Source: an uncultured Methanosarcinales archaeon
Lineage (GTDB): Archaea; Nanobdellota; Nanobdellia; Woesearchaeales; CAZXZL01
Reading direction: 5' to 3'
Assembly: GCA_964645415.1 (NCBI GenBank)
Contig: CAZXZL010000007.1
Span: 1-33,217 of the forward strand
Length of the DNA stretch: 33,217 bases
A program made the translations under genes and the position numbers. Each line of letters opens with the position of its first letter. Position 1 is the stretch's first letter. Of this stretch, positions 29,952 to 33,217 are shown in pieces. A model generated the notes under the pieces. It made no database searches, was not told the origin of the DNA, and worked only from the letters and a program-made list of their open reading frames with translations.

Positions 29952-30959
29952 ATGAAAAAGATTAGTAAAAATTTGGATAATGAAACAATTAAAAATTTTG
30001 AAAATAATGATTTTAGTTTTTATACAAAGAAGTTTGAAGAATTAGTTAATTCTAATTTTAATTTAAATAAAATTGTTTTGAATAAAAAGACTAACTCTAA
30101 TATCTCTTCTGAAGTCTCAAATTCAGATATGAATTCTTTTATTTCTTTTCATGAAAAACTAATTGATTTTTTAGGATCTGTTTCAAATTATGATAAAAAA
30201 CTAGAAAAAAAAGTTTGTGAGATTAAAGAAAATAAACTTCTATTAAGAAAAATTGATGTTATTGATAAAAATACTATTATTGATCTTTCTAAGAATGGTA
30301 ATGAAGAGAGTGATGATTTTATTTTGATTATTGATAAAGATGTTCAAAATCTATTTTTATTTACTTCTAATCCTAAATTAGATCAGTCAAAATCAATTAC
30401 GTTTAACTTTAATCAAAATAATCATTTGAATATTATTGATTTTTCTGTTGGATTCAATAATTACTTTTTTAGTTCAGATATTAATTCAATTGATTTAAAT
30501 ATTATTTCTGAATTTTCAAAGATTAATTCTATATTTAAAGCAAGTAAAAATCTTAAAGCAACTATTAGATGTTTGAATTTTGGTTTTAATGAGATTAATG
30601 CTTTTATAAGTAATAAATCTGATACTAATTCTAATTTAACATTTAGAAATATTATTAAAGAAGATTTTTCGGTTATTTCAGATTCTTTTTTGGAAGGTGA
30701 AAATGTAAAGTCTTTTTTAGATATAAGGAACTTTAATTTAGGTGGTAAAATAAAATCTCTTCCATCTCTTACTGTTAATAGTAACTCTTCAAAATTAGAT
30801 CATTCAATGTTTATCAAAAATTTTAGAGAAGATGAATTATTTTATTTATCTAAAAATGGGATTGATTTAGAAGTTGCTAAAAATCTAATTGTTAAAGAAT
30901 TTTTCACTTCAAATAGTAATTTAAGTGATTTATTGTATGATTTATTAAAATTAGTTTAA
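29952..30959 (+). CDS. sufD: SufD-like protein, strongly divergent
   Basis: Only the C-terminal SLPSL..DHS..ELFYLSKNGI..AKNLIV pattern is recognisable; follows sufB. Confidence 0.7.
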   Translation: MKKISKNLDNETIKNFENNDFSFYTKKFEELVNSNFNLNKIVLNKKTNSNISSEVSNSDMNSFISFHEKLIDFLGSVSNYDKKLEKKVCEIKENKLLLRKIDVIDKNTIIDLSKNGNEESDDFILIIDKDVQNLFLFTSNPKLDQSKSITFNFNQNNHLNIIDFSVGFNNYFFSSDINSIDLNIISEFSKINSIFKASKNLKATIRCLNFGFNEINAFISNKSDTNSNLTFRNIIKEDFSVISDSFLEGENVKSFLDIRNFNLGGKIKSLPSLTVNSNSSKLDHSMFIKNFREDELFYLSKNGIDLEVAKNLIVKEFFTSNSNLSDLLYDLLKLV

Positions 30960-31050
30960 CTAAATTGGTTTTTTTTATTATATACTTACTTTATTTTGTT
31001 ATTTCTTTTTTTTATAAAGATAGAATTGTTCTTTTTACTTCTTACTATTA

Positions 31051-31800
31051 TTAATCTAATACTTTATATTTTCCTGCTCTAACTTCAAAGATATCTCCTT
31101 CTTCTAATAGCTTATTTAATTTTTCATCAATTTCCATGCCAAACTCTTCAATAATTTCTTCATAATCTGCTCCATCACCTGGATCATTTTTCTTTATAAA
31201 TTGAAGTAGTTCTTTTTTTCCATTTGTTTCTTCAATTGCACTTTTTGCTTCACTACTAACTTCTTCTTTATCATCTTCATCTTCATCATCTAAATCTAAA
31301 TCAATAGTTTCTTTTTTCTCTTTATCTTTTACAATTTCTTTATTTACTTTAACTTCTTTTTTATTTTCACTATCTTTTTGAGTTTGTTTATCTTCTTTGT
31401 TTTCATTTACTTGTTTTGAGACTTTATCTATCCAAAGTGAAAAGAATTCTTTTTTATGTTTTCTTAATTTTAGTATTTTTTCATCTTCTATCTTTTTTAC
31501 AATTCTTGGACTAAGATAAATTTGATCATTATACCTTCTTGGTCTAGCTATAGACATAATTGTGTCAGAAACTTTAATTTCATTAATCTTATCGTCATCA
31601 AAAAATCTAATATTTATATTTCCTGACCCATCTTCAATTGTTATATTATTACCTGCTTTATTGACTACAACTCCTAATACATTTAATTCACTTATTTTTA
31701 AGCCTTTATACAATATGTGACTTGGTGAACTTAAATCTTCACTATGTACAAATTGAGAATTTTTTATATCTTTTATTTTTAAAATTATAGCTCCTTCCAT
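31051..31800 (-). CDS. RPA32-like ssDNA-binding protein (OB fold, charged linker, winged helix)
   Basis: LNVLGVVV..IEDGSGNI.IRFF..IARPRRY OB fold; C-terminal LEEGDIFEVRAGKYKVL. Confidence 0.8.
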   Translation of the reverse strand: MEGAIILKIKDIKNSQFVHSEDLSSPSHILYKGLKISELNVLGVVVNKAGNNITIEDGSGNINIRFFDDDKINEIKVSDTIMSIARPRRYNDQIYLSPRIVKKIEDEKILKLRKHKKEFFSLWIDKVSKQVNENKEDKQTQKDSENKKEVKVNKEIVKDKEKKETIDLDLDDEDEDDKEEVSSEAKSAIEETNGKKELLQFIKKNDPGDGADYEEIIEEFGMEIDEKLNKLLEEGDIFEVRAGKYKVLD

Positions 31801-31858
31801 CTTTATCTTTTATCTTTTTGTTTAATTTATTTAAATAATTTTCTCATAAAAGAGAATT

Positions 31859-31916
31859 GCCTCAGAAGTTACTACCGTTCATCATATAAAATCAGCAAGT
31901 TACTCTCATCATTGGC
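31859..31916 (-). ncRNA. Box C/D methylation-guide sRNA
   Basis: GCC-A-AUGAUGA-GAGUAACUUG-CUGA-UUUUAU-AUGAUGA-ACGGUAGUAACUU-CUGA-GGC: four perfect boxes, GCC/GGC terminal stem, TATA-like TTTTTAAAA at 31946-31938. Confidence 0.9.
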
Positions 31917-31957
31917 TACTATATAGTATAACCCTTCTTTTAAAAATGTTTTTGTAG

Positions 31958-32980
31958 TTAATCTTCTATTTTTAAAACTCTAGATTGAATTCTTTCGTTT
32001 ATTTTAATAGGATGTATGAAATTTAAAAAATCTCTGTAATGATCTAATTCTTTTTTTAATTTAGAATAAATTTCTTTAAAATATTTATAGTCTAGTACTA
32101 TTTTTCTTAATTCTTTGTCTAAGTTTTTCATAACTATATTTTCTTTTATATCAATTGAAAGTGTGATGTTTCTTTCTTTTTTTATCTTCATTTCTTTATA
32201 ATGTCTTTTTAATTCTTTAAGTATCATTCTATCTTCATCTGATGGAACTTCTTTTGTTTTCCCTTGTACTATTTTTTCTTCTAGTTCATCTATGTGTAAT
32301 ATGAACATATCTATCGTTTCATTTACTATTTCTTTAGTTATATAACTGTTTTTAGCATCATTTTTATTTACAAAAAAACTTATTGAATCTTCATATAATG
32401 ATTCATGATTTAATCCTATTATATTATGTCCTGTTAAGTTTCTATGCATCCTATTAACTTTCATTAAATCTGAAGAATCAATTGGTGAAATATTTGGAGA
32501 AAGTCCAAAATGTTTTACTTTTTCTAAAATAATTTTATCTATTATATGATATACTTTTGCATTATGAATCTCATTATACCAAAACTGAAATAATTCATTA
32601 TCTTTTCTTTCTTTTATTTCTCTTAATATGTTATTTTCAATTTTAATAATATCATCAATTAGTTTTTTAGAATCATTTGTATGTTCAGAATGTTCTAATT
32701 CGATTAAAACTTGTTTTGCTTTATTTAATGTTTTTTTACATTCTTTTATTAGTTTATCTTTTCCATAAACTTTTTTTATTCTCTTCATCTCTCCTTTTAT
32801 GAGAATAATTATCTCTTCTACTCCATTTCTTGCTTTACTATATTTATTTTTTCTTAGGTTTTCATGAACACTTTTTGCTATTTCTTCAAGTTTATTTATT
32901 TCTCTTATTAGTTCATTTATGGTAGGTTTATCATTTTTTGATTTGACTAGTTTTTTAACTTTATTAATTATCTCAACCAT
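31958..32980 (-). CDS. Hypothetical protein: N-terminal coiled coil and possible degenerate ADP-ribosyltransferase-like domain
   Basis: 340-aa ORF; VYH..LEKVKHFGLSP resembles YHGT..L..I...GL.P. Confidence 0.65.
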   Translation of the reverse strand: MVEIINKVKKLVKSKNDKPTINELIREINKLEEIAKSVHENLRKNKYSKARNGVEEIIILIKGEMKRIKKVYGKDKLIKECKKTLNKAKQVLIELEHSEHTNDSKKLIDDIIKIENNILREIKERKDNELFQFWYNEIHNAKVYHIIDKIILEKVKHFGLSPNISPIDSSDLMKVNRMHRNLTGHNIIGLNHESLYEDSISFFVNKNDAKNSYITKEIVNETIDMFILHIDELEEKIVQGKTKEVPSDEDRMILKELKRHYKEMKIKKERNITLSIDIKENIVMKNLDKELRKIVLDYKYFKEIYSKLKKELDHYRDFLNFIHPIKINERIQSRVLKIED

Positions 32981-33156
32981 ATGATTATTTTATATTCTTT
33001 TAATATATAAAGGTTTTACTTTTAATATATCTTATTCTTATCACAGCTTTTATCAAAGCTGGCAAGGATAGTACCATTCTAAAGAATGGCACGGTAGTTT
33101 CCATAACTTTCTATGTATCTCTGTTTTTGTTTTTATAAGCTCCTATTATTTCTTTT

Positions 33157-33215
33157 TTAGATGATTTTGATGGACTAATTTCGAAGAAGATTAAACGTAG
33201 ATTTTCTCTTTAGCA
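33157..33215. repeat. Dispersed degenerate repeat, copy B
   Basis: Matches 17685-17771 in three blocks; may extend beyond the window end. Confidence 0.75.
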
Positions 33216-33217
33216 CA

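Overview
Very AT-rich archaeal genomic window, most consistent with a reduced-genome DPANN archaeon (Woesearchaeota/Nanobdellota-like; the taxonomy is inference). Evidence: archaeal GluRS, MCM, ABCE1, an RPA32-like protein, TATA boxes, GGTGA ribosome-binding sites and oligo-T terminators. It carries gltX, a degenerate ZnuACB-like ABC transporter, mscS, a DUF2779 nuclease, a split Suf system (sufS-sufU and sufCBD), ABCE1, DUF1295, HIT, a bacterial-type aspS-gatCAB operon, amrB-amrA, mcm and several orphans, with a 100-N scaffold gap at 1208-1307. Main signals not shown by the ORF track: (1) a canonical box C/D sRNA (31859-31916, minus strand) whose two guides share an 8-nt core offset by one base; (2) two paralogous secreted proteins with four copies of a Cys repeat showing paired Cys gain/loss, next to a thioredoxin lipoprotein; (3) a dispersed repeat upstream of two orphan genes; (4) a DNNRN-ending uORF ahead of aspS-gatCAB, whose GatB is C-terminally short; (5) a DUF2779 nuclease lacking the family's usual Cys ligands. 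No CRISPR, tRNA, rRNA or intact transposase was seen.
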